Below are positions 45,918 to 60,162 of a stretch of 64,000 bases of DNA, piece by piece. Position numbers and translations under genes: made by a program. Below the pieces are notes generated by a model. That model had not been told where the DNA came from. It saw nothing but the letters and a program-made list of their open reading frames with translations, and searched no databases. The stretch covers positions 317,502,001 to 317,566,000 of the forward strand of contig OZ024743.1 of NCBI GenBank assembly GCA_964016885.1. Reading direction: 5' to 3'. The stretch is from Eledone cirrhosa. Its lineage: Eukaryota. Position 1 is the stretch's first letter. Each line of letters starts with the position of its first letter.

Positions 45918-47890
45918 CTCCGCACCCTCCTCGTCCACAGCTCTCTACCCCCCAACCCACGCTCCCCCCCCCCCCCAGGTTCCTTTCCCTGTTCTAGGCC
46001 CCGCTGCAACACCTGTCCCCACATCACCAACACCACCACCTTCCAGGGTCCCAACGGCCACTCTCTCTCTGTCCGGCATGCCTTCCGCTGCACCTCCTCC
46101 AACCAAGTCTACGGACTTCGCTGCACGGAGTGCAGCGCGACTTACGTCGGACAGACGGGACGTCGCCTGGCGGACAGATTCACTGAGCACCTCCGGGATA
46201 TTCGTCTCGGTGGTAGTTCCCCCATAGCCCGCCACTTTGGTGCCCCTGGACATTCCACACGCCATCTCACAGTCTGTGGCCTACTCCAATGCCACGGAAC
46301 ACCCGCCAATCTCCTCAGCGTTGAACAAAGAACCATCTTCATCTTACAGACCCACACTCCCCCCGGCCTGAACTCCCCACCCTTATTCCTTTAGCCTTCG
46401 ACCGCTCCCCCCCCACACATATTCCCCACTAACACCACTAACACACCCCTCCTTTTCACCACCCACCCCACAACTAACAATACTAACACCTCCACTCCAC
46501 CCCTCATCCGACCACCCTTCCCCAACTAACATACTCCTCCCGCCCTCCTTATCACACACACAAACCCACCGGCACATATATACACGCGCTCACACTAAAC
46601 ACACACCCTACTACCACCACTAACCCTCACCCCCACACATCCACCCCACCACCCCGCAACTAACATCACTAACACCCCCTGACCCCAAGCACACGAACAC
46701 ACGCACCCACTTACACCACCCACCCTACACGCAACTAACATCACTAACACCCCCCAACCCCACGCACACGTACACACACACCCTCTTACACCACCAACTC
46801 TACGCACCCTACCACCAATGACCCCCACTCACACCCGCATTCAACCCTTTCTCCACCTCCTGTATACTAACACCCCCTTCATCAAACTACACACACACCA
46901 GTACACCGCACTCCCTCCATTGACCCCCACACCCTTTCTCCAACACTCACTCATCCCACTAACACCTCTACTAATATACACCCCCCACCTCACTCACTAC
47001 TTTCACACCTACCCATCCTCGCCCCTTTACCATTCCACCCTACTGCTGCTATGCCCTCTGACCACCTCCCAGCACACACAGACACACAGCACTCCTACTG
47101 CCTTGACCACTTCCTGTTGCGCGCGCACCCCACATCTCCTCTCTTCCGACCATCTATTCACGGATTCCTCGTATGTGGACCTTGACCGCGGAATCAACTA
47201 CCATCCTAGGATTTTACCAACCTTTCCACCACATCTTCTTACGGAATCACCTTCATGACTCACCCACACACACACCCCAAACAATTTTTTTCCCACACGC
47301 CACCTACACACACAACACGCTTAAACACCACACACACTTGCGTTCCGCCACATATTTACACATTCAGCCTCCGGATTCCTCTCCCCCCACCCCTCTATCC
47401 ACACACGCACACATACTCCGACCTACACCCCACCCCACACACACCTCTTCCTGAACATGCAACCCCGTTCTTCCCCCAACCCTAGCTTTCACATACACAG
47501 ACACACACACACACACACGTACACCTACACACACACACCACCTTCAGCCCTCCGCGCTCGGACACCCCGTCTCCCTCTCCCCACTCCACCCGCCACCACC
47601 CCTACACGTCCCACATCCTTCCATCACCTGTTTTACACCATTTTAATTTTATTTTGATCATGTTTTTATTTTTATTTTCATTAGCACCGTTTCCTCCACG
47701 CCCTTTTTGCTATATGTCTCTCCACCACACCCCTACACACCCTTTGAACTCTCTTCCCACACATTTTTCACCTGAAGAAGGGCTTATGCCCGAAACGTCG
47801 TTCCCCACCACCACCCCACTCTCAAGAGCGTGAAATTAATAAACATTCGTTGTACTGCCTCTCTGTTTTGTTCCTGTTCAAATTTTCCAT
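45918..47890 (+). mobile_element. 3' end (GIY-YIG + C-rich UTR/pLTR) of the 40504-43935 PLE family, opposite orientation
   Basis: CNTCPH..CTECSATYVGQTGRRLADRFTEH; similar to reverse complement of 40500-41560. Confidence 0.85.
47768..47802 (+). ncRNA. Minimal PLE-type hammerhead
   Basis: CTGAAGA-A-GGGC-TTAT-GCCC-GAAAC-GTC; stem I weak. Confidence 0.7.
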
Positions 47891-47913
47891 TATATATATA
47901 TGTATATATATAC

Positions 47914-48004
<91 letters not shown>

Positions 48005-50842
48005 CCAAAGAGGGCTCGATAAGGATAAATATATATCAAATATATAAGAACCGTAGAGCAAATATTTATTAAAATAACATATTAAGGTTTAAGCAAAGAA
48101 TCGCTGCTTTCACCCTTAACGGGATCTTCTGAAACTAACAAAGTCAATCTGTAAACGCAGAAGTGGATATTTCAAAAAACGTTGCAGCCGGAGGAAGACA
48201 GGAAGACGATACTTTGGTTCGTGGACACGTTCGCTGGCAAAGAACGGGAAAAAACGAATAAGATACGTCATTAATAGGAGCGGTGAAAAACAATTACGCG
48301 CAAAGACAGAACCACGTTTATGGTATAAAAGAGGTCGTAGACTAAAGTTCTCTTAGGTGGTTCATAGAGACGTTCTCTGGCAATGAACGAAAAAAACGAA
48401 GATAATACGTCATATGTGGACCATAGAGAACAATAGCACGCAAAGACAAAACCACGTAAATGGTATAGCAGAAGTCGTAGACTAAAATTCTAACTAGGAC
48501 ACCGAATGAATCTCCGCTACAGAGTTAAGAACAAAGTAAATAAATACAATACAGAAGTAATAGAAATAAATAAATACATACACGCAAACAAATACGTACA
48601 TACACAAGCATACGCAAAAACACTTACCATAGGTATACAAAACCACGCACATATAAATATGTGTGTGTGTGTGTGTATGCGTGTATACAAATAAATAAAT
48701 AAATAATTATATAAACGTATATAAATAAATAAATACGTAAATAACAAGCGCACACACATACCTACATGTAAATACACGAATGTTCGGAGACGTAAGTCAA
48801 CCAAAACATGAAGTACACATATACACACACCCTACATACGTACGAACCTGCATACTCACACAGACACAAAACTCCCGTATACACATAGCCAAACCATATG
48901 TACCAGAATAAAAAAAATAAAAAAAGTTTATACGCCATAACATAAACAATCAAATATACGTACGAGAAGGTATACGTACCTTCACGAAACATACGGGTAA
49001 TATATACTTACCTATGCAAATAAGTAATGGTATAAACAAAACATATACTTAGCTCCCACATCAAGACGTAACATATCCACGTATAGATCGTACTATCCAT
49101 TAGGGTATAACGTGGGGCTGTAATACAGGAAAGTTTTGTGCAATTTATGTTTACAAGCCGAAATTGCCTCAGATTTTTTGTTTAAGATGTGGTCTGTGGC
49201 GTATAGTATTTCCAGGGCCTCAGCGGCGCAGAGGTCACAAGGTCTTTTATTTCCGTTATACGATCTAGCCCTAGCTAGGATCTCCCAGTGTAACTTATAT
49301 TGGGTGTGGTTGTCTTTTAGACTCCATATATAAGCTGAAAGTAACGTCATATTCCTTCTTAGAGGGTAACGAAAAGAATGGGTATGCGTGTAAAGACGCT
49401 GCTTGAATCTATTGGCGGTTAACCCTATGTAGGCCCTACGGGACGTGGGTGTTACAACCTTACATTTGTAGACAATGTTACTAGAGAGGCAATTCCCGGA
49501 TAGGGGCATTCAGCCCGATTCCTACAATTACAGTTAGTACTAACTACAGGGTTGCACGTGTTCCTACGGCTAGGTAGTTTAGCTAAATTTGAAGCTGTGA
49601 TGTTATGTGCAAGGTTAGGAGTCGTAGAGTAAGAAATTTTAATAGTATTTCAATTAAAAATTTTACTATATTTATGTGTAGGGGGAAAATGCTTCGTAAT
49701 AAGGGAAAGAAAGATCTTAGCTAATGGTGTGGCCACCTCCATATTATATGGTGGGTTATACCAACAAATGCGACGGGATCTATTTCTTCTAGGTCTATTT
49801 TCGTACTCTGTATATGCTACCTTATCGACAAATCCACTTCGAGCAAGAGCTTCATTGTAATAAGTGGAGTGGTCGTTGAAAATACGCTCGTTGGTGGAAA
49901 GAGGGGAAAGCCTCAACGAAACGTTTCTTACCAGGTTCTTGGTTATGCTGGCAGGATGGTTGGAATGCTTACTTATGTAATTAAGCGTATCATTCGGCTT
50001 TCTATACGAGTAATACAACCCATTCAATAAATTGAGGGTAACGTCAAGGTAATTAACGACCGAGAGATTGGCCTCAACCTGTATAGAGAGGTTGAAGCCT
50101 TTAAAGAAGGCTGTGAGTTCTTTTCTGAACCTGTCGAAAGCACGAGGTCCGCACTTAGTCATGGTCAAAAGACCATCGTCACGGTACAAACCACCGCCCG
50201 CGTTGGGGAATTCGTTCTTGATAGAGAAAAGAAGGAAAAGGTCGATAAGATTAGTAACCTCCGCAGAATCACTAGCGCCCATGCTCACGTCGAATGGGGT
50301 GCTATGAGATTTTTTAATCCAAATAGAGTCGTCGAAATTAATCACCGACTTTCGGGCATTGAGGATGACATCAACTTCGAAATCCTTAACCACTGTGAGT
50401 GTTTTAGCGAAATTGATAGCTCTAAGGAGAATTGGTAAAGTGATGGAGGAGTAGTAATTGTTGATGTCGAATTGGATAAAACGGCAATGTTCCTTGTTAC
50501 ATATGCCGTTGAACCAATCAATCACCGCGAAAGAATTGTTCCACAGTGCAAGAGGGGCCAATCTTCTGATTTCAGGTATAATTCTATCAAGAATCGTTTT
50601 ACTAAGTCTACCTAAATCGGACTTCGTAAGGTTAATAAGCCGAATAGAGGGGTTGTTCGGAAAATTGGAGCGATTCTTTGCTTAAACTTTAATCTGTTAT
50701 TTTAATAAATATTTGCTCTACGGTTCTTATATATTTGATATATATTTATCCTTATCGAGCCCTCTTTGGATTTTAGTCTTGAAATTTATTATTATTAATA
50801 TTTAGCTCCCTCGGTTGAGCACTCTACTGACTTATATTCATC

Positions 50843-52972
50843 ATGCAGAAACAACATCTGAATATTTCTACAAAGAACATACCCGTACCAAGCAGGAAAT
50901 CATACCTAAAACTCCTGATACAGAAAACAGACGCGTTCATTAAAAGGTTGCGTTGGCGTGCCTTTTATTTCGATAACCCGCAAAAAGCAGACAACAAACA
51001 GGATAAATGTGGATTTAAAACCTATAATAACCCCCCGTGTAACCCAGCATTGCTACCCTTCGAAAATGATGTCTTGGAACTCAGTCGGAGTATCAAATTT
51101 CTGAATAGGAGCAATTCCTTCCAGCAAGACCTGAAGAATAGAATTCGTTCTATTAAGGATTCTAATGCCGTGCACGTCCATTCCGACAAAACTGGCAACC
51201 TATATCAAGTGGAACGCAGTACTTACCATCAACTACTACATAATGCTGTAACTAAGGATTACCGTAAAACTAATCGGTGCGTCATCAATGAAATCAACGA
51301 TGCTGGGTTTAAAATCACATCTGATCTCAACATCCTGGACCGGACCGAACCTCTGGACCCTATTTCTCCCCACTTTACCCTGAAGGATCACAAATCCAAT
51401 TTTCCGAACAACCCCCCTATTCGGCTTATTAACCCTACGAAGTCCGATTTAGGTAGACTTAGTAAAACGATTCTTGATAGAATTATACCTGAAATTAGAA
51501 GTTTGGCCCCTCTTGCACTGTGGAACAATTCTTTCGCGGTGATTGATTGGTTCAACGGCATATGTAACAAGGAACATTGCCGTTTTATCCAATTCGACAT
51601 CAACAATTACTACTCCTCCATCACTTTACCAATTCTCCTTAGAGCTATCAATTTCGCTAAAACACTCACAGTGGTTAAGGATTTTGAAGTTGATGTCATC
51701 CTCAATGCCCGAAAGTCGGTGATTAATTTCGACGACTCTATTTGGATTAAAAAATCCCATAGCACCCCATTCGACGTGAGCATGGGCGCTAGTGATTCTG
51801 CGGAGGTTACTAATCTTATCGGCCTTTTCCTTCTTTTCTCTATCAAGGACGAATTCCCCAACGCGGGCGGTGGTTTGTACCGTGACGATGGTCTTTTGAC
51901 CATGACTAAGTGCGGACCTCGTGCTTGCGACAGGTTCAGAAAAGAACTCACAGCCTTCTTTAAAGGCTTCAACCTCTCTATACAGGTTGAGGCCAATCTC
52001 TCGGTCGTTAATTACCTTGACGTTACCCTCAATTTATTGAATGGGTTGTATTACCCGTATAGAAAGCCGAATGATACGCTTAATTACATAAGTAAGCATT
52101 CCAACCATCCTGCCAGCATAACCAAGAACCTGGTAAGAAATGTTTCGTTGGGGCTTTCCCCTCTTTCCACCAACGAGCGTATTTTCAACGACCATTCCAC
52201 TTATTACAATGAAGCTCTTGCTCGAAGTGGATTTGTCGATAAGGTAGCATATACAGAGTACGAAAATAGACCTAGAAGAAATAGATCCCGTCGCATTTGT
52301 TGGTATAACCCACCATATAATATGGAGGTGGCCACACCATTAGCTAAGATCTTTCTTTCCCTTATTACGAAGCATTTTCCCCTTACACATAAATATAGTA
52401 AAATTTTTAATTGAAATACTATTAAAATTTCTTACTCTACGACTCCTAACCTTGCACATAACATCACAGCTTCAAATTTAGCTAAATTACCTAACCGTAG
52501 GAACACGTGCAACCCTGTAGTTAGTACTAACTGTAATTGTAGGAATCGGGTTGATTGCCCTCTATCCGGGAATTGCCTCTCTAGTAACATTGTCTACAAA
52601 TGTAAGGTTGTAACACCCACGTCCCGTAGGGCCTACATAGGGTTAACCGCCAATAGATTCAAGCAGCGTCTTTACACGCATACCCATTCTTTTCGTTACC
52701 CTCTAAGAAGGAATATGACGTCACTTTCAGCTTATATCTGGAATCTAAAAGACAACCACACCCAATATAAGTTACACTGGGAGATCCTAGCTAGGGCTAG
52801 ATCGTATAACGGAAATAAAAGACCTTGTGACCTCTGCGCCGCTGAGGCCCTGGAAATACTATACGCCACAGACCACATCTTAAACAAAAAATCTGAGGCA
52901 ATTTCGGCTTGTAAACATAAATTGCACAAAACTTTCCTGTATTACAGCCCCACGTTATACCCTAATGGATAG
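50843..52972 (+). CDS. PLE RT-GIY-YIG polyprotein, 709 codons with a single in-frame TGA at 52412-52414
   Basis: SDKTGN, IRLINP, FIQFDI, FDVSMG, GLYRDD; frame continues NTIKISYS..CNCRNRVDCPL..VYKCKV..AYIGLT to the stop at 52972. Confidence 0.85.
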
Positions 52973-53928
52973 TACGATCTATACGTGGATATGTTACGTC
53001 TTGATGTGGGAGCTAAGTATATGTTTTGTTTATACCATTACTTATTTGCATAGGTAAGTATATATTACCCGTATGTTTCGTGAAGGTACGTATACCTTCT
53101 CGTACGTATATTTGATTGTTTATGTTATGGCGTATAAACTTTTTTTATTTTTTTTATTCTGGTACATATGGTTTGGCTATGTGTATACGGGAGTTTTGTG
53201 TCTGTGTGAGTATGCAGGTTCGTACGTATGTAGGGTGTGTGTATATGTGTACTTCATGTTTTGGTTGACTTACGTCTCCGAACATTCGTGTATTTACATG
53301 TAGGTATGTGTGTGCGCTTGTTATTTACGTATTTATTTATTTATATACGTTTATATAATTATTTATTTATTTATTTGTATACACGCATACACACACACAC
53401 ACACATATTTATATGTGCGTGGTTTTGTATACCTATGGTAAGTGTTTTTGCGTATGCTTGTGTATGTACGTATTTGTTTGCGTGTATGTATTTATTTATT
53501 TCTATTACTTCTGTATTGTATTTATTTACTTTGTTCTTAACTCTGTAGCGGAGATTCATTCGGTGTCCTAGTTAGAATTTTAGTCTACGACTTCTGCTAT
53601 ACCATTTACGTGGTTTTGTCTTTGCGTGCTATTGTTCTCTATGGTCCACATATGACGTATTATCTTCGTTTTTTTCGTTCATTGCCAGAGAACGTCTCTA
53701 TGAACCACCTAATAGAATATCAGTCTACGACCTCTTTTATACCATAAACGTGGTTCTGTCTTTGCGCGTAATTGTTTTTCACCGCTCCTATTAATGACGT
53801 ACCTTATTCGTTTTTTCCCGTTCTTTGCCAGCGAACGTGTCCACGTACCAAAGTATCGTCTTCCTGTCTTCCTCCGGTTACAACGTTTTTTGAAATATCC
53901 ACTTCTGCGTTTACAGATTGACTTTGTT

Positions 53929-53979
53929 AGTTTCAGAAGATCCCGTAAAGGGTGAAAGCAGCGATTCTTTGCTTAAACT
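53929..53979 (+). ncRNA. Hammerhead variant (CAGAAGA core) in the pLTR; mirror copy 48086-48136 (minus)
   Basis: AGTTT-CAGAAGA-TCCC-GTAAA-GGGT-GAAA-GCA..TGC-TT-AAACT. Confidence 0.65.
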
Positions 53980-53995
53980 TTAATCTGTTATATTA

Positions 53996-54108
<113 letters not shown>

Positions 54109-54139
54109 TATAAATATATATATACATACATATATATAA

Positions 54140-54170
<31 letters not shown>

Positions 54171-54344
54171 CACATATATATATATACATATATATATAAA
54201 TATATATATATACATATATATATATACATATATATATATATATGTATATATATATATTTATATATATGTATATATATATATATATGTATGTATATATATA
54301 TATTTATATATATGTATATATATATATATATGTATATATATATG

Positions 54345-55078
54345 TTTCTTGGTCAGTGTCCAAGTCTCAGACCCATACAGCAGCACAGACTCCACTACAG
54401 CAATGAAGAGGCGGATTTTCAGGTCTCTACGAAGGTCCGACTTCCACACCGATCTCAAGCTGTGGCACGGCGCCCAGGCCTTGCTCTTTCTCTCAACCAC
54501 ATCATCTTCCGTATTCCCAATCTTTGCTCCCAAATACAGGAAGCCCTCGACCAATTCTAGCGGCTTCCCGCCTACATTAGTGATCCCCTCTGGCTTCTCA
54601 ACATTCTCTACCAGATATTTTGTTTTAGTCTCATTCATTCTCAGCCCCACACTCATCGACACAGTCTCAACCTCCCGCATCAAATCCTCTGCCTCCTTCA
54701 CTGTATTTGTCACTCAGATGGTGGATGGGTGCTACACGAGAATGCTGAGGATGGCTCTGAACATTAATCAGTATACACAGAGGTTGAAAAACTCAGAGCT
54801 GTATGGGAGCATCCCAAAAGTCAGCTCAAAAGTAACACAGAGGAGACTGAGGTTAGCTGGACATGCTCACCGACATCCAGAGTTGACATTGCACTCAGTG
54901 CTCCTCTGGGAGCCCCTACATGGACACACTAGAAGGGGAAGACCAAGGTTAACGTATGTTGATGCCCTAAGGACAGACACTGGTCAGTTGGAGACGCAGG
55001 ACATGGCAGCGATAATGAGGGACAGAGACCGCTGGAGAGAACTCGTCCATGGATCTCGGGAATTTTACCCGCCTTAGA
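54345..55078. mobile_element. RTE-like LINE 3' end with 5' inversion (54345-54713 minus, 54714-55078 plus)
   Basis: Minus piece ends [13 protein letters not shown]; plus piece begins [29 protein letters not shown]. Confidence 0.88.
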
Positions 55079-55092
55079 TATATATATATATG

Positions 55093-55167
<75 letters not shown>

Positions 55168-55261
55168 TTATATATATATATTTTTATATATATATGTATA
55201 TATATATATTTATATACATATATATATATATACATATATTTATATACATATATATATATAC

Positions 55262-55312
<51 letters not shown>

Positions 55313-55317
55313 ATATA

Positions 55318-56687
55318 AAATCAAAAGATGGTTAAAAGAGCTCCATGTATTTTATTATGCGCATTTCAAAAACAAATATGATCATGGGATAATATTTGCG
55401 TTCTCATCAGGTAAAATAGGGAGACATGATATGAAGCCTAAAAAAACACTTGCGAGCAGTGAAGTGTTAAATCAACATAGGAAAAATAAAATAAGAGGGA
55501 TATATGAGATTGGAAAAAAGGAAAGGAAGGAGGAAAGAAAAGGTAAGGAAGAGGAAGGAAAAATATAGATAGAAGAAAAAAATATAATAATAAGGAAAGG
55601 ATGACGGAGGAGGAGTATAAGAAGGAAGGGCGAGAGAGGAGGAAAAAATGAGTGAGAGAGAGAGAGAGAGAGAGGGATAACCTTTAATATTGAAAAACAC
55701 TGTCTCACAGAGAAAAATTTAAAAAAAACCGTTTTAAGATAATACATAATTTAAAATATTTAAGAAATTAAAAGTTAATGAGGTTTATGAATGGTGATGC
55801 TTATGATTAAAGAAAAAGGAATTAAGGATACTATTTATTTAAGGTTTATATATTGAAGGGTTTAATAAGATGTGCGAAAAGGAATTTATTAAAATGTATT
55901 ATTAAAATAAAATATATTAAGAAGATAAGGAGAATGAAGATAAGGTTAAATGAATTATGAACTTAGAGGAATTAATTAAGGTCCAAGTTTGTTTCTATAT
56001 ATTATATTAGGAAAAAGTAAATAATAGATTTAATACGAGCATGGAAGGAGAGAAGAAAGAAGAAATTCAAGGAAGAAAAAATATATAACGTCAAAAAATA
56101 TATTTACAAAATGTCTCTAATGGTAATATTAGTATATATCTATATATATAAAACAGAGGATGTCTGTGTGTCTGTTTCCCTAAAACTCGAAAAGTACCCA
56201 ACGGTTGTTTTTCAAACTTTACACGTGTAATAAATATGACCCTGGAAGTGTTTTGAGCAAAAAAAAATTCAAATTATTCTGTCCTAGGGATCGAATTAGT
56301 GAAGTGACCAATGTCTCTACATAATGAGGGAGTGAGAGGGGAGAGAAAGAAACGGTGAGGCGAAGTGACGAAGTGGCTTTTTTCTCCTCTTCCTCCTTCT
56401 CCCATTCGTCACAGCGTTTTTCGATAGAATGTAAGTTACAAAGAGAGAGAGAGAGTGAGAGTGAAAGAAAGAGACAGACTACAAGAGGGGGATAGCGGGA
56501 GGGAGAGAGAGAGTGAAAGACGCTGTCTTTTGATATTGTCAAAGATACATGACGTATAACTATTAACATGTGTGCGTGTGTGTGTGTGAGCGTTCCAATA
56601 AGAGTAAAATCTATTAACATGTGAGTGTGTGTATGTGCACATATGCGTGTGTGACTTTGCCATATGTATATGTGTCTGTATAAACGC

Positions 56688-56751
<64 letters not shown>

Positions 56752-59250
56752 ATGATTATTATTATTATATATATTTATATACATGTGTATATGTCGTCTG
56801 CTTCCCTTATGAGTTAACGATCTCTTTCTCTTTCTCTTAGACTTTCTCTTTTTAGATAGATACATAGATATGACGTCGCGCCTTCATAATATCTGTCTGT
56901 ATGCCTGACTGTCTGCATTACGTCATTATGACGCGATCAGTGTGTGTGTGTATATATATTCTTATGCCAGGGAACGTCTTCACGAACCAAAGTATCGTCT
57001 TCCTGTTTTCCAGATTGATTTTTTTAGTTTAAGAAGATCCCGTTAAGGTTGAAAGCAGCGATTCTTTGCTTAAACATTAATATGTTATTTTAATATAGAT
57101 ATTCGTGTACAGATATTTTTGCATACACAAAAACAAAATATAAACAAACAAAGCCAAAGATTACATCAATTAGTCTTAGTGTATGTACTTCATACTGCTT
57201 TTAGGTAGAATATCCCGTTAAGGGTGAAAGCAGTGATTCTTTGGTTAAACTTTAGTCTGTTATTTTAATATATATATATAATTATATATTTATGGACAGA
57301 TATTTTTGCATACACAATAACAAAATATAAACAAACGTATTTATTTCACGAGGTTCGATAAGGATAAATATATATCAAATATATAAGAACCCTATAGCAA
57401 ATCCCGAGCAACGCCGGGCCATTCTGCTAGTTAAATATAAAACTGTGTATGGCTGAGAATATAAGGAAAATGCTATAGTGAGTTATAAGATGAATTAAGA
57501 ATAAAAGTTGCAGATTAAAGATTAGAAATTAAAAAAGAAGAAAATTAGGGGACCGCTAACGACATAGTATGAATAATTGTTTCTACTTTAGGTACAAGGC
57601 CAGCAATTATCCAGTGCATTACTGGTACTTTATATGAATAATATTGTATAATTGTTTCTTACTGAAATAAGGTAGAAAGATGGGTATATTTGTAAAAATT
57701 ATAAAAGTGTTTGAGAAAAAAAGATTTTAAACTAATTAGGTAGTAAGATATTAGCTATATACTTTATGGAAAGTTCTATGGGATTTATGCAAGCAGAGCG
57801 AAAATAAATCCGTACGTCTATTTATTATAGAATTAAAATTAGAGATAATGGTAAATTTCTCCGCTAGGCAGAGATTACATGTTCTGGATAGGAAAGAATT
57901 AAGGTAAGGAGAGGCGTTGCAAACCTTTCTTCAAGAAATGTAGTTAATATTTTTGTCCTTTAAGGACCATATGAGTTCTGAGAGTGCTGTGTTAGTTCTT
58001 TTAAGTTGGTATTTAAAAGAAGATATGTGATTATAAAATCTTGCCTTAAAGGAAGTGGAAGTGGAACCAAAATAAGTAAAAGAATTAGTACCAGTAATAA
58101 CCTTACATTCATACACTAAATTTTTATCAAGACATTGGTTACTAAGAGGAGATTTAGTTCTAACAGGGCAATTGCAATTACAATTAGAGAAATTGCCAGA
58201 GTTATTAGAAAGTGACCCAGTATTATTTATAGAAGGAATTGATTGGAGAAGTTACTTACGATAGGTGCTAAAATTTCCTGATTTAGATTGGTATTATGAA
58301 CATTCGACAAAGTTACGTTTGACGTCGTATTTAAATTTACGGAATCTAGCCTAGAGTTAACATTGACGTCGGGCCTACTATTGTTATCATTATGACGCTC
58401 AGTGTTGACGTTATATATTTTTCTTCCTTGATTTTTTTCTTTCTTCTCTCCTTCCATGCTCGTATTAAATCTACTTTTTCCTATTACAATATATAGAAAC
58501 AAACTTGGACCTTAATTAATTCCTCTAAGTTCATAATTCATTTAACCTAATCTTCATTCACCTTATCTTCTTAATATATTTTATTTTAATAATACATTTT
58601 AATAAATTCCTTTTCGCACATCTTATTAAACCCCTCAATATATAAACCTTAAATAAATAGTATTCTTAATTCCTTTTTCTTTAATCATAAGCATCACCAT
58701 TCATAAACCTCATTAACTTTTAATTTCTTAATTTTTTTAAATGTATTATCTTACAACGGTTTTTTTTTTTCTCTGTGAGACAGTGTTTCTCAGTATTAAA
58801 GGTTATCCCTCTCTCTCTCTCACTCATTTTCTCCTCCTCTCTCATCCTTCCTTCTTATACTCCTCCTCTGTCATCCTTTCCTTATTATTATATTTTTTTC
58901 TTCTATCCATATTTTTCCTTCCTCTTCCTTACCTTTTCTTTCCCCCCTTCCTTTCCTTTTTTCCAATCTCATATATCCCTCTTATTTTATTTTTCATATG
59001 TTGATTTAACATTTCACTACTCGCAAGTGTTTTTTTAGACTTCATATCATGTCACCCTATTTTACCTGATGAGAACGCAAATATCATCCCATAATGATAT
59101 CTGTTTTTGAAATGCGCATAATAAAATACATGGAGCTCTTTTAACCATCTTTTGATTTTATATTATTTATACTCCAGTCCTATAAACTGTTGAGTGCTTC
59201 TTACCCGACATTTGCATTGCTTTATTGTGCTACAATAAAACTCACCTCCT
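55318..59250. mobile_element. Naiad-like PLE 3' end (GIY-YIG on minus ~57730-58230) with inverted pLTR arms (55318-56095 / 58405-59162); hammerheads at 55348-55418 (minus) and 59058-59128 (plus)
   Basis: CNCNCPVRTKSPL..VYECKV..TYFGST; TATTTTAC-CTGATGA..GAAA-TGCGCA-TA-ATAAAATA. Confidence 0.85.
56139..57430 (+). mobile_element. Non-autonomous Helitron-like element inserted in the PLE UTR
   Basis: A|TCTATATATATAAAA 5' end; CCCGAGCAACGCCGGG hairpin and CTAG|T 3' end; no TSD. Confidence 0.7.
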
Positions 59251-59347
59251 ACATATATATATATACATATATATATATATACATATATATATGTATATAT
59301 ATATATATATGTATATATGTATACATATATATATACATATATATATA

Positions 59348-60112
59348 TAATAATAATAACTAGGAATTGATCAACATATATATAAATAAATATAAACATG
59401 AAAAATCACAGGAGATAATTTTTACAAGCGGTAACCACGCATGGCTAGTAGGTAACAAATAAATAAAGTTAACTAGAACTTCAAAAATATATACCTTTTA
59501 ATGATTAATCTTCCCTGTATATATTTCATTAAAGAAATATATTTCACCAATTAATCAGATGGTAAGTCACGGAAAGTGGATATTATTGGATTATCAACAA
59601 GGAAGAACAATATCAAGCGATCCATGTTTACACTTCGAGTCAAAATCTTAAACTGGCCGTTACCACGTGTTGATATTACACATCACAGCGGCTTCGTTTC
59701 AGTGGCGTGAATAGGTATTCGACAACTAGAAATAGCAGTCAATTCCCTTCAACAGAGTTAGCTCTACAATTAAGGAGCAGTATTTATATATCTATATCCA
59801 AAATTAAGATAGATTAAAAGAATTCAATCAGAATCGAAATTGTGGGTGTCATTCCTTAACGGAATGCGCCATATCGCCCGGAAAATAAGCTCTAGGACTT
59901 TGTAGGTACGAGCATTTTATAATAATAACTAGGAATTGATCAACATATATATAAATAAGTATAAACATGAAAAATCACAGGAGATAATTTTTACAAGCGG
60001 TAACCACGCATGGCTAGTAGGTAACAAATAAATAAAGTTAACTAGAACTTCAAAAATATATACCTTTTAATGATTAATCTTCAGGGAAGATTAATCATTA
60101 AAAGGTATATAT
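59348..60112 (-). mobile_element. Retrozyme-like 569-bp unit (~1.3 copies) with terminal fold-back; degenerate hammerhead at 59510-59566 (minus)
   Basis: TAGGAATTGATC at 59361 and 59930; minus strand CTGATTA..GAAA-TATATA-CAGGGAAG. Confidence 0.6.
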
Positions 60113-60162
60113 ATCATTTAATTATTAGATAGTTGTTGCTTGCATTGCCTTAAAAATAGTAG

